Origin: an uncultured Verrucomicrobiota bacterium
Lineage (GTDB): Bacteria > Verrucomicrobiota > Kiritimatiellia > RFP12 > UBA1067
Reading direction: 5' to 3'
DNA length: 64,000 nt
Assembly (NCBI GenBank): GCA_945834475.1
Contig: CAMAHK010000001.1
Span: forward strand, 18,175-82,174
A program made the position numbers and the translations under genes. The notes under the pieces were generated by a model, which saw only the letters and a list, made by a program, of their open reading frames with translations, searched no databases and was not told the origin of the DNA. Shown one piece after another: positions 50,550 to 58,465 of the stretch; within the stretch, counting starts at the first letter, position 1; every line of letters starts with the position of its first letter.

Positions 50550-51002
50550 ATGCGTGTATTCATACATCCTCTATCAGACGTCCACTCGTCAAACATTGGT
50601 GATGACACGAAGATTTGGCAGTTCTCCGTTGTGTTGGCGGGGGCACGCATTGGCAAAAATTGCAATATTTGCGCCAATACATTTATAGAGAACGACGTGA
50701 CCGTCGGCGATAACGTGACAATTAAGTGCGGGGTTCAGTTGTGGGATGGTGTGACAATTGAGGATAATGTTTTTCTGGGGCCAAACGTGACCTTTGCGAA
50801 TGATAAGCATCCGCGCTCGAAAGTCTATCCAGATGCTTTCATGCGGACAACGGTAAAGAAAGGCGCAAGTATTGGTGCGAATGCGACGATCTTGCCGGGG
50901 GTTACAATCGGCGAAGGTGCGATGGTGGGGGCGGGATCTGTTGTGACAAAGGATGTGATCCCGAATTCAATAGTTGTTGGCAATCCTGCTAAAACCATAT
51001 AA
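50550..51002 (+). CDS. Left-handed beta-helix (hexapeptide) N-acetyltransferase, FdtC/QdtC/WxcM-like
   Basis: [81 protein letters not shown]. Start taken at the ATG at 50550. Confidence 0.75.
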   Translation: MRVFIHPLSDVHSSNIGDDTKIWQFSVVLAGARIGKNCNICANTFIENDVTVGDNVTIKCGVQLWDGVTIEDNVFLGPNVTFANDKHPRSKVYPDAFMRTTVKKGASIGANATILPGVTIGEGAMVGAGSVVTKDVIPNSIVVGNPAKTI

Positions 51003-51107
51003 CACCCCTCACGAAGGCGATCGCCGGATCACACAGGGTCACACCTGACTATCACAGTAGACTACCACAGTAGCCGCTTATCAATCGCCCCGCCAGCCGA
51101 CAGGATT

Positions 51108-51146
51108 TCGGGCGACTAAATCGCAAAATTCAAAATAGTCGCCCGA
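51108..51146. repeat. Perfect 11-bp inverted repeat TCGGGCGACTA - 17 nt - TAGTCGCCCGA (possible terminator or operator)
   Basis: Read directly. It lies 106 nt after the acetyltransferase stop and just upstream of TTGACT(51153)-16 nt-TAATAC(51175). No T-tract follows. Confidence 0.6.
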
Positions 51147-51187
51147 AGTTGATTGACTTTATCGGTTGAATATGTAATACTACGCGT

Positions 51188-52621
51188 ATGAAATTTATCG
51201 GTAGAGGGGAAGAGCTAGCGAAATTACAGGCGTTATGGCGTAAGTCCACGTCGTCAATGGTTGTCGTCGCCGGCCGGCGTCGTATCGGGAAATCGACGTT
51301 GGTCGAAGAATTTGCGCGACGTTCATCGTGCAAGTTTATTGAGATTGTCGGGTTGCCTCCGGACGAAAAGATGACCAATGCGCGGCAAATCGAGAACTTT
51401 TGCGAACGGTTGTCCCATGCGACGGGACGAGTCCAGGCCAAGGCCGACGGATGGGCGCAGGCCTTTGACGCATTGGCGGAGGCAATTTCCGGACGAGAGA
51501 AGACAATTGTCTTTTTGGATGAAATTTCGTGGATGGGTAGATACGATTCCGCTTTTGCCGGCTTCTTGAAGACGGCATGGGATACACAGTTGTCCAAGAA
51601 ATCCAAGCTCATTCTTGTTGTTGCCGGAAGTGTCTCGGCGTGGATTCAACAGAATATCCAAAAGTCCAAAGCTTATGTCGGACGACTCTCGCTGGATATC
51701 ACGTTGGAAGAACTCCCCATTGATGACTGTCTCGCTTTTTGGGGGGCGCGATTGAAGCGCACCGCGCTTCGTGAAATACTCGACGCGCTATCGGTTACCG
51801 GTGGTGTTCCCAAATATTTGTCGGAACTTGATCCGTCGCTTTCGGCCGATGATAATATCCGGAGACTTTGCTTCGACGCGAACGGGTATCTCTTTAAAGA
51901 CTTCAATCGAATTTTTGACGATGTTTTCGATTCGACTGTCGCTTCCAAAAAGCGAATTGTCACCGCCCTGTCCGAAGGTCCTGCCAGTGTGTCCGAGTTG
52001 GCGGTGAAGCTCGGCAGTGATCCCAATGGACATCTCTCGAAGGATCTCGCCGAGTTGGTTGAGGCCGGTTTTGTCGCGCCGGGTGAGGGAATCAATCCCG
52101 AAACGGGCAAACGGGTGCGGGAGGTCCGTTATCGCCTGAAAGACAACTATACGCGCTTTTATCTCACGTACATCGAGCCGAAGACGGCTGCGATACGGGC
52201 AGGTGTTTTCAAGTATACGACACTTGAGTCATTGCCCGGCTGGGATGCGATTATGGGCTTGCAGTTCGAGAATCTGGTGCTGAATAACTTTCGCGCCATA
52301 GCCCGTGAGATCGGGCTGATCGGCAAGAATGTTGAGTCCGTCGCGCCGTACTTCCGTCGAGGTGGTAAACGTGGAGAAGGTGTGCAGATCGACTTGCTCG
52401 TCCAACTGCCGAAATGTGTGTATGTGATTGAGGTGAAACGACAGAAGCATCTGACGCAGGCAATCGAAGAAGAGGTCTCTCGAAAGATCGATCGGTTGAC
52501 GCTCCCGAAGGGTAAGTCGGTGAAAACCGTATTGATCTACGAAGGAGATCTTAACCGCAGTCTTGAAGAGGACGGATTCTTTGATTTCGTTCTACCCATA
52601 GATCGGCTTCTGTCAATTTGA
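51188..52621 (+). CDS. ATPase (archaeal-type ATPase_2 domain + DUF234-like C-terminal region)
   Basis: FIGRGEELAKLQALW, Walker A VVAGRRRIGKSTLV, Walker B IVFLDEISW. The C-terminal half carries a wHTH-like segment and a QIDLLV..VYVIEVK block. Confidence 0.7.
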   Translation: MKFIGRGEELAKLQALWRKSTSSMVVVAGRRRIGKSTLVEEFARRSSCKFIEIVGLPPDEKMTNARQIENFCERLSHATGRVQAKADGWAQAFDALAEAISGREKTIVFLDEISWMGRYDSAFAGFLKTAWDTQLSKKSKLILVVAGSVSAWIQQNIQKSKAYVGRLSLDITLEELPIDDCLAFWGARLKRTALREILDALSVTGGVPKYLSELDPSLSADDNIRRLCFDANGYLFKDFNRIFDDVFDSTVASKKRIVTALSEGPASVSELAVKLGSDPNGHLSKDLAELVEAGFVAPGEGINPETGKRVREVRYRLKDNYTRFYLTYIEPKTAAIRAGVFKYTTLESLPGWDAIMGLQFENLVLNNFRAIAREIGLIGKNVESVAPYFRRGGKRGEGVQIDLLVQLPKCVYVIEVKRQKHLTQAIEEEVSRKIDRLTLPKGKSVKTVLIYEGDLNRSLEEDGFFDFVLPIDRLLSI

Positions 52622-52637
52622 GCAATATTACAGATAT

Positions 52638-53318
52638 ATGAAAAAAATCTGGTTTGTTGCATTTGCCTACTGGGTGACGGTCAGTCTCCTCACTTGTTGG
52701 CTTTATCCGTGCATGCTCAGCGACGTTATTTCGCGGTATGCGCCGATGGCGGATGCGTTCGCACGGGGCGATTGGGCGTATGCCTTTCATCCGCGCTTCG
52801 GGGTGCTGTTCCAGTGCATCGCCGGGTCGCTCGCCTGGCTGGGACTCAAGGGAGACTGCGCCTGTCAGGTGACGGCGATTCTGTTCTTGTCCCTCGCGGC
52901 CGTGCCGCTCTGGTGTCTGGCGCGGAAGCTGTTCGACGAGGAAATCGCCTGGTGGTCGGTGGCGATGCTGCTCGTCTGCGAGAATTTCTTCGCCAATGCG
53001 ATGGACGGTCTGCGTGATGACGGCAAGTGTCTGGCGTTTGCCTTGATCGCCTGGGGCGCAGTCTCGGCACGGACACGCTGGATCGGATTCGGGCTGTTCG
53101 TCCTCACCTCGCTTGTCTCCTATGGATTCGCCCTCGGGACCGCGATTCTTTTCGTCTGGTGGGTCTTGCAGCTCAAGGCCCGCGAGCCGCGCAGGCTCGT
53201 GCTGCCGACGCTCGGCTGGGGCCTGGGAACGGCGGCGGTGACGGTCATGGTTCATGCGTTTACAGGGCACTGGGTTCCGGCGCCGCATTTCATCAAGTAC
53301 GTGGGGGATTGGCTGTGA
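52638..53318 (+). CDS. Polytopic membrane protein, possibly the N-terminal half of a GT-C (ArnT/PMT_2-like) glycosyltransferase
   Basis: Several hydrophobic segments. The first loop SDVISRYAPMADAFARGDW loosely resembles the D-E-x-R-Y-A loop of ArnT-type enzymes. The stop overlaps the GTG start of the next ORF. Confidence 0.4.
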   Translation: MKKIWFVAFAYWVTVSLLTCWLYPCMLSDVISRYAPMADAFARGDWAYAFHPRFGVLFQCIAGSLAWLGLKGDCACQVTAILFLSLAAVPLWCLARKLFDEEIAWWSVAMLLVCENFFANAMDGLRDDGKCLAFALIAWGAVSARTRWIGFGLFVLTSLVSYGFALGTAILFVWWVLQLKAREPRRLVLPTLGWGLGTAAVTVMVHAFTGHWVPAPHFIKYVGDWL

Positions 53319-53968
53319 CGTTCATATCGGTATTCGGCCTTCTCGCGCTCGCCTGGCGTTGGCGGAAGGGGCAGGTGACGCGGGGCGAGGTCCTCGTCCT
53401 GGGCATCGTCGGTCTGGCCGTGTTGATGGTCTGGGCGCAGATCTTCGTTTGCGATCACAAGCTTTTCCCCGAGCGGCGCTATTATTCGCAGGCGTTGCTG
53501 TTGCTTTTCCCGTGGCTGGTCTGGGGGATGCGCGAACTCTGTCGCCGATGGCGCTGGCCGTTTGCGCGTCTGACAGGGGCGGTCGTCGTCGGATTTGCGC
53601 TCTACGACGGTGTCATGCTCGTTAAGGCCAGGTTGCCCGTGGGCCGACGCGCGGCGTATGTGGCGGCCTGTAATTGGGCGGCCCGGGAGATCGCGGCGGA
53701 CTGGAAAGGCCCCACGCGCGATGAAAGCGTTGCGTTTACACCCAACCAATACATTTCACCTGCGCGGCCGATTGTTGCCGCGTTTGCGCGGCGGATTCCG
53801 TATCTGGTCGGCGGTCGTCGGCTGTCGCGGTGGCGCCGTCAGATCGACACGGCTGATTATTGGGTAGGCGATTTGCGGCGCGATGTTCCGCCAGCAACGG
53901 GGTATGAGAAGATGGGCGAGTTCACTCACGGCAAGTATGTGTTCGCACTTTATCGCAGGACGAAATAG
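53315..53968 (+). CDS. Membrane protein, possibly the C-terminal half of the same GT-C-like unit
   Basis: GTG at 53315 overlaps the TGA at 53316-53318. TM segments VTFISVFGLLALAW, VLVLGIVGLAVLMVWAQIF, ALLLLFPWLVWG, GAVVVGFALYDGVML. A soluble tail follows. Confidence 0.4.
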   Translation: MTFISVFGLLALAWRWRKGQVTRGEVLVLGIVGLAVLMVWAQIFVCDHKLFPERRYYSQALLLLFPWLVWGMRELCRRWRWPFARLTGAVVVGFALYDGVMLVKARLPVGRRAAYVAACNWAAREIAADWKGPTRDESVAFTPNQYISPARPIVAAFARRIPYLVGGRRLSRWRRQIDTADYWVGDLRRDVPPATGYEKMGEFTHGKYVFALYRRTK

Positions 53969-54017
53969 TCCGAGCGTTGCTTTGTGTTTTTGACCGAAAT
54001 TCGCTATACTATCGTTT

Positions 54018-54803
54018 ATGGAACCTGTTAACATTCTGACCCTCAAGTGGGGTACGCTCTATTCGGCGGAGTATGTCAACCGCGTCTACCGCGGGGTCAA
54101 GGCGCATTTGAAGCGTCCGTTCCGGTTTGTCTGCGTGACGGACGATCCGACGGGGCTGGCCGAAGGAATCGACGCGGAGCCGATTCCGCCGCGTCCGCCG
54201 GAGATGAAGAACCTCTACACCTACGAGAAGAACGGCTGGCCGAACATCTACATCAAGCTCTGCATCTTCAAGCCGGGCTTTTCGCACCTCAAGGGCCCGA
54301 CGCTCTTCCTCGACATCGACCAGATCATCATCGGCGACCTCGACCGCTTCTTCGATTACGAGCCCGGCAAGTTCTGCATCATCCGCAACTGGGTCGAGCT
54401 CAGGAAGCGGCTCTTCCGCAAGGTGCCGTTTTGCGGGAACTCGTCCTGCTTCCGTTTCGAGGCGGGCGAGAAGTATGCCTACGTCTACGACACGTTCATC
54501 CGCGAGATCGACGCGGCGCTCGACGACCGCGTCTATGCGACGGAACAGCTGTACATGACGCACGCGGTGAAGCCTGAGAACATCTGCTTCTGGCCCGAGA
54601 ACTTTGTCAGGTCCTTCAAGCGCTCCTGCACCTGGCCCTGGCCGCTCAACCATTTCCTCGCGCCGCGCTTCAATCCCGACACGGGCATTCTCTGCTTCCA
54701 CGGCAAGCCCTCGCCCGAACAGGCGATCGCCGGCTATCGCGGCCGTCACCTCAATACGTGGACGAAGCCCTGCGCCTGGGTGAAGGAGCTGTGGGAGAAG
54801 TGA
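54018..54803 (+). CDS. Putative GT-A-fold glycosyltransferase (family not recognised)
   Basis: VNILTLKWGTLYSAEYVNRVYRGV...FRFVCVTDD, with a DxD-like TLFLDIDQIIIGDLDRFFDY. A TATACT box lies 7 nt upstream of the ATG. Confidence 0.45.
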   Translation: MEPVNILTLKWGTLYSAEYVNRVYRGVKAHLKRPFRFVCVTDDPTGLAEGIDAEPIPPRPPEMKNLYTYEKNGWPNIYIKLCIFKPGFSHLKGPTLFLDIDQIIIGDLDRFFDYEPGKFCIIRNWVELRKRLFRKVPFCGNSSCFRFEAGEKYAYVYDTFIREIDAALDDRVYATEQLYMTHAVKPENICFWPENFVRSFKRSCTWPWPLNHFLAPRFNPDTGILCFHGKPSPEQAIAGYRGRHLNTWTKPCAWVKELWEK

Positions 54804-55729
54804 CGGGATCTGTCGATATCGCCAAGCTTGCCGCGCGCGTTGCCGAGGCGCTTGGCCGGTTCTATGTGTTGACGCCGCTCGGCGTGAAGTGTACCTTTCC
54901 CGTCTTCAAGGGCACAGCCGACGGCACTCCCTCGATTTTTGTCAAGATCGGTCTCGAAGAGGAATGGCACCGTACTGCCCGTGTGGTGAACGCAGCGTCT
55001 GATCCGTACCGCGAGCCGTCCTCGGCCGCGGCGTTGCCAAGTCTCTTCCCCGCGCTCCTCACCCCCTCCCCAATCCCCTACGGCGAAGACCGTGTCGTCT
55101 TCATCTCCGAATGGCGCGAGGCGAAGATGGTGTTCCCCGAGGACATGACACCGGCCCAGCAGCAAGGGTTCGTCGACGGTTGCGTGCGCCTGTCTGATGC
55201 CTTGCAGGCGGTTGAGACTTTCACGCCGATCGCCAAATCGCCGCTGGCTCCCGAACAGCTCTTTGCGACACTGGCCGACTATGCGGCGCGCCATCCGGTT
55301 GCGAGTCGGCTTTTGAAGTCGATCCTATCGATCCCCGAAGCCGAGCGGACGTTTGGGTCGCGTCCGCTTGCCATCATCCACGGTGACTTTCATGCGAAGA
55401 ACTTCGGCTTTGCGGGCGAGGCGCTTTCGGTTGTCTATGACTTTGACAAGCTGACGCAGGGTCTTGCCTGCGGCGACCTTGGCAATGCGCTGATGGAGCG
55501 CTTCTCGTGTCTCGGCCTGTCGCGCGACGCGCGTCGTCGTCTTCGGGCCGCGACACGGGCAATCGTCACGGCGGCGCCCTGGTCGCGCGAGGACTTTGTC
55601 ATCACCTGCAACCACATTCGCCTCGCGTTTGCCTCCCGACGCATCGTCAAGCATCCGCATTCGGCTTGGGTTGCCTTTGACATTGCGCGCCGCGACCGCC
55701 GTCTTCGGGAGTTTCTCGGCTGTCTCTAG
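54800..55729 (+). CDS. Aminoglycoside/choline-kinase-like (APH family) phosphotransferase
   Basis: IIHGDFHAKNFGF ... VVYDFDKL (Brenner H-x-D-x4-N and D-F-D motifs). GTG start overlapping the upstream TGA. Contains the 35-nt GC-rich repeat in-frame. Confidence 0.6.
   Translation: MTGSVDIAKLAARVAEALGRFYVLTPLGVKCTFPVFKGTADGTPSIFVKIGLEEEWHRTARVVNAASDPYREPSSAAALPSLFPALLTPSPIPYGEDRVVFISEWREAKMVFPEDMTPAQQQGFVDGCVRLSDALQAVETFTPIAKSPLAPEQLFATLADYAARHPVASRLLKSILSIPEAERTFGSRPLAIIHGDFHAKNFGFAGEALSVVYDFDKLTQGLACGDLGNALMERFSCLGLSRDARRRLRAATRAIVTAAPWSREDFVITCNHIRLAFASRRIVKHPHSAWVAFDIARRDRRLREFLGCL
55004..55038. repeat. 35-nt GC-rich repeat (coding copy, reverse orientation) inside the APH-like gene
   Basis: CCGTACCGCGAGCCGTCCTCGGCCGCGGCGTTGCC matches the reverse complement of 34512-34546 at 32 of 35 positions. 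It is translated PYREPSSAAALP within a Pro/Ser-rich segment. Confidence 0.8.
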
Positions 55730-55748
55730 ATTTGGTATAATTCAAACT

Positions 55749-56492
55749 ATGAAAAAAGACTTTCTTATCGCACCGATCATTTGGATTTCCCTTTTGGTCG
55801 TTCTTTTTGTTGTTTGGGCGTTGCTCGATCCCGAGACGCTGATTCATAATTTTGACCGGAGCGGCTATTCGCCGTTCGAGCTCGCGACACTGCCGTTCTT
55901 TGCGGCGATCCTACCGTTTGTCTGGTGGAAGTGTCCGTTCGACGGCTCGCCGCGCCGACGGGCAGTTCTGTGTCTTATGGTCAGTGTCGTCGCGTTTATG
56001 GCCATCGTGAAGGAAACGGACCTTCACCTCTGGGCCCTGCACAAGCTCTACCCCGACTTCGTCTCCGAGGGCGGCAGTCTCTTGCCGGGGCTCTACAAGC
56101 CCAACGGCGACGCGCTTGGCGGGACGCCGTTCAAGATGCGCGTCCTCACCAACGGCGGCGTGCCGGTTGGTATGAAGCTCTGGATCCTTGCGTACTTCGG
56201 CGCCTTTTTCGGTACCTTCGCGGCGGGTTTCGCGTATCTCCTCAAGAACTGGGTCGTCGGCGTCTTCAAGCTCGTTCCCTCGGCCTGGGCTGTCGGGTGC
56301 TTCGGGGCGTCCGGCGTGATGGTTCAGATTTTCGATCGTCTGCCAGCGTGGCTCGAGCACAGCTTTGAAAAGACGTCGTGCGCCCAGTCGCTGTGCACGG
56401 TGCTCGAGGAAGGCGGCGAGATGATGATTGCGATTTTTGCGCTCCTGGCGATTTATCTCGGCTGGCGTGAGAGGATGAAACAGCAGGCATAA
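55749..56492 (+). CDS. Polytopic membrane protein of unknown function
   Basis: MKKDFLIAPIIWISLLVVLFVVWALL plus at least 5 further hydrophobic segments. A TGgTATAAT box at 55733-55741 lies 7 nt upstream of the ATG. Confidence 0.55.
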   Translation: MKKDFLIAPIIWISLLVVLFVVWALLDPETLIHNFDRSGYSPFELATLPFFAAILPFVWWKCPFDGSPRRRAVLCLMVSVVAFMAIVKETDLHLWALHKLYPDFVSEGGSLLPGLYKPNGDALGGTPFKMRVLTNGGVPVGMKLWILAYFGAFFGTFAAGFAYLLKNWVVGVFKLVPSAWAVGCFGASGVMVQIFDRLPAWLEHSFEKTSCAQSLCTVLEEGGEMMIAIFALLAIYLGWRERMKQQA

Positions 56493-56497
56493 AAGAC

Positions 56498-58459
56498 ATG
56501 GCGAAGCATAAGGATTATCAGAAGGAGTTCTTCGACCGCGACTATACGGCGCGGGAGGCGTATGCGCGCGTCTGGCAGTATGCGCGTAAGTACAAGTGCC
56601 GTCTGGCGATGGGCGTTCTCTGCGGCATGCTGACGGCCGGTACGCTCGTGCCGATGTTCAGTCTGATGCAGCCGGCGCTCGCCCGCGTCGAACAGCGGCA
56701 GTTGGCGCAGACGGTGCCTGCGGCACAGGTGGAGAAAATAGGTGGAGGTGGAGAGCGTGGCGTCGAAAAGCCGGCGAATGACGTGGACAAGAAGGCGAAG
56801 GGAATGCTGAAGGAGTATTCCAAGATCAAGGCTTTCGCCGAGAAGGTTGGCATCGAGATGCAGGATGATGACGATGCGCTGGGGCTTCCGCTCTTGTTTG
56901 CGATCATCGTGTTCCTGCCGTGTGTAGCGCTCTTGCGCATGGGGCTCGTTTTCTTGAACCACTATTGCCTTGCGTGGGCCGGCATGAAGACGGTGCGGGA
57001 CATTCGCTGTCATCTGCTGGAGCGCATCAACGCGCAGTCGATGCAGTTCCATGGGCGAATTGACGTCGGGCAGCTGATGTCCCGCGCGACGTCCGATCCC
57101 CAGCAGATCCAGACGATCATCCAGACCGTGCTCGGCGAAGTCGCGCAGGCGCCGTTCGAGATCGCGATCTCCATCGGCTTTATCGTCTGGACGGCGATTC
57201 AGAACGAGATGCTGACGACGCTCGCGTTGCTCGCTGTCGGATTCCCGCTCTTCATGTTGCCGGTTGTCTTTCTGTCGAAGGTGATCCGCAAGTGGTCGCG
57301 CCGGGCGCTCGAGCGCTTCTCCCTCGTCGGCAGCCGCATCCATGAGATCCTGACCTGTGTGCGTGCGGTGAAGGCCTATCATACGGAGGCCTATGAGGAG
57401 GAGCGCTACCGCGAGGCGAACGACGCGACGCTGAAGGCGACGCTGAAGGCGCTGCGCTGGGGGCTTCTCGTCGGCCCGGCGGTCGAGACGGTCGGCATCC
57501 TCATGATCTGCGCGTTTCTCGTCTGGTGCTTTGCAACGGGCGTCAAGCTTTCGGCGATCGTGCCGATGGTGGCACCGTTGCTTATCGCTTACAAGCCGAT
57601 CAAGCAGCTTTCGAAGCTGCAGGTTCAGATCGAGCAGGGACGCGCCGCGCTGGGACGTCTCTGGAGTCTCATCGACGTCGATATGGCGCTCCCCGAGCGT
57701 CCGGATGCTGTGCACAAGTCAACATTCGAAGACAAGATTGTCTTCGATGCTGTCACGTTCCGCTATGAGACGGCAGATCGCGACGCGGTGAGCCATGCGT
57801 CGTTCGAGATTCCGCGCGGCCAGATGGTCGCCGTCGTCGGCGGCACGGGCAGCGGCAAGACGACGATGTCGGGGCTTCTCTCACGGTTCTTCGATCCGCA
57901 GAAGGGACGCGTCTTGCTCGACGGCCATGATCTCCGCGACCTCGCGATTCCCGACCTCCGCAAGCTCATCGGGTCCGTCCAGCAGGAGACGCTGCTCTTC
58001 AACGATACGATTGAGGAGAACATCAAGTACGGTTCTCCCGCTGCGACGCACGAAGAAGTCATTGCGGCCGCGAAGATGGCGAACGCGCACGACTTCATCA
58101 TGTCCCAGCCCGAGGGCTATGCGCGTCTCTGCGGCGAGAAGGGCTTTGCTCTTTCGGGAGGCGAACGCCAGCGCATCGCGATCGCCCGGGCGATCCTCCG
58201 CAATCCGCCGATCCTCATTCTCGATGAGGCGACGAGCGCACTCGACACGGTGACGGAGCGCCTTGTGCAGGATGCGCTCACGAACCTCATGAAGAATCGC
58301 ACGGTCTTCGCGATCGCCCATCGCCTTTCGACCATTCGCAAGGCCGACCTCATTCTCGTGATGGATCACGGCGTCATCGTCGAGCGCGGTACGCACGACG
58401 AGCTTTATGCCGCGAATGGCGTCTATCGGAAGCTCTGCGACATGCAGAAGATGCAGTAG
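56498..58459 (+). CDS. msbA: ABC transporter, fused permease/ATPase, MsbA-like lipid/glycolipid exporter
   Basis: Six-TM N-terminal domain. Walker A GGTGSGKTT, signature LSGGERQRIAIARA, Walker B ILILDEATSALD, H-loop FAIAHRLST. Confidence 0.75.
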   Translation: MAKHKDYQKEFFDRDYTAREAYARVWQYARKYKCRLAMGVLCGMLTAGTLVPMFSLMQPALARVEQRQLAQTVPAAQVEKIGGGGERGVEKPANDVDKKAKGMLKEYSKIKAFAEKVGIEMQDDDDALGLPLLFAIIVFLPCVALLRMGLVFLNHYCLAWAGMKTVRDIRCHLLERINAQSMQFHGRIDVGQLMSRATSDPQQIQTIIQTVLGEVAQAPFEIAISIGFIVWTAIQNEMLTTLALLAVGFPLFMLPVVFLSKVIRKWSRRALERFSLVGSRIHEILTCVRAVKAYHTEAYEEERYREANDATLKATLKALRWGLLVGPAVETVGILMICAFLVWCFATGVKLSAIVPMVAPLLIAYKPIKQLSKLQVQIEQGRAALGRLWSLIDVDMALPERPDAVHKSTFEDKIVFDAVTFRYETADRDAVSHASFEIPRGQMVAVVGGTGSGKTTMSGLLSRFFDPQKGRVLLDGHDLRDLAIPDLRKLIGSVQQETLLFNDTIEENIKYGSPAATHEEVIAAAKMANAHDFIMSQPEGYARLCGEKGFALSGGERQRIAIARAILRNPPILILDEATSALDTVTERLVQDALTNLMKNRTVFAIAHRLSTIRKADLILVMDHGVIVERGTHDELYAANGVYRKLCDMQKMQ

Positions 58460-58465
58460 GGCAAG

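Noticed and set aside
50289-50567. Minus-strand 92-aa ORF in the gap between the ketoisomerase and acetyltransferase genes
   Set aside because: It overlaps the 3' end of one + strand gene and the 5' end of another. It has no recognisable motif and no plausible promoter or SD. I treat it as part of a decayed region (see the finding on the gap).
53990-54010. TTGACC at 53990 as a -35 box for the TATACT box at 54005
   Set aside because: The spacer would be only 9 nt, which is incompatible with a sigma70-type promoter. I kept only the -10-like box as a weak observation.
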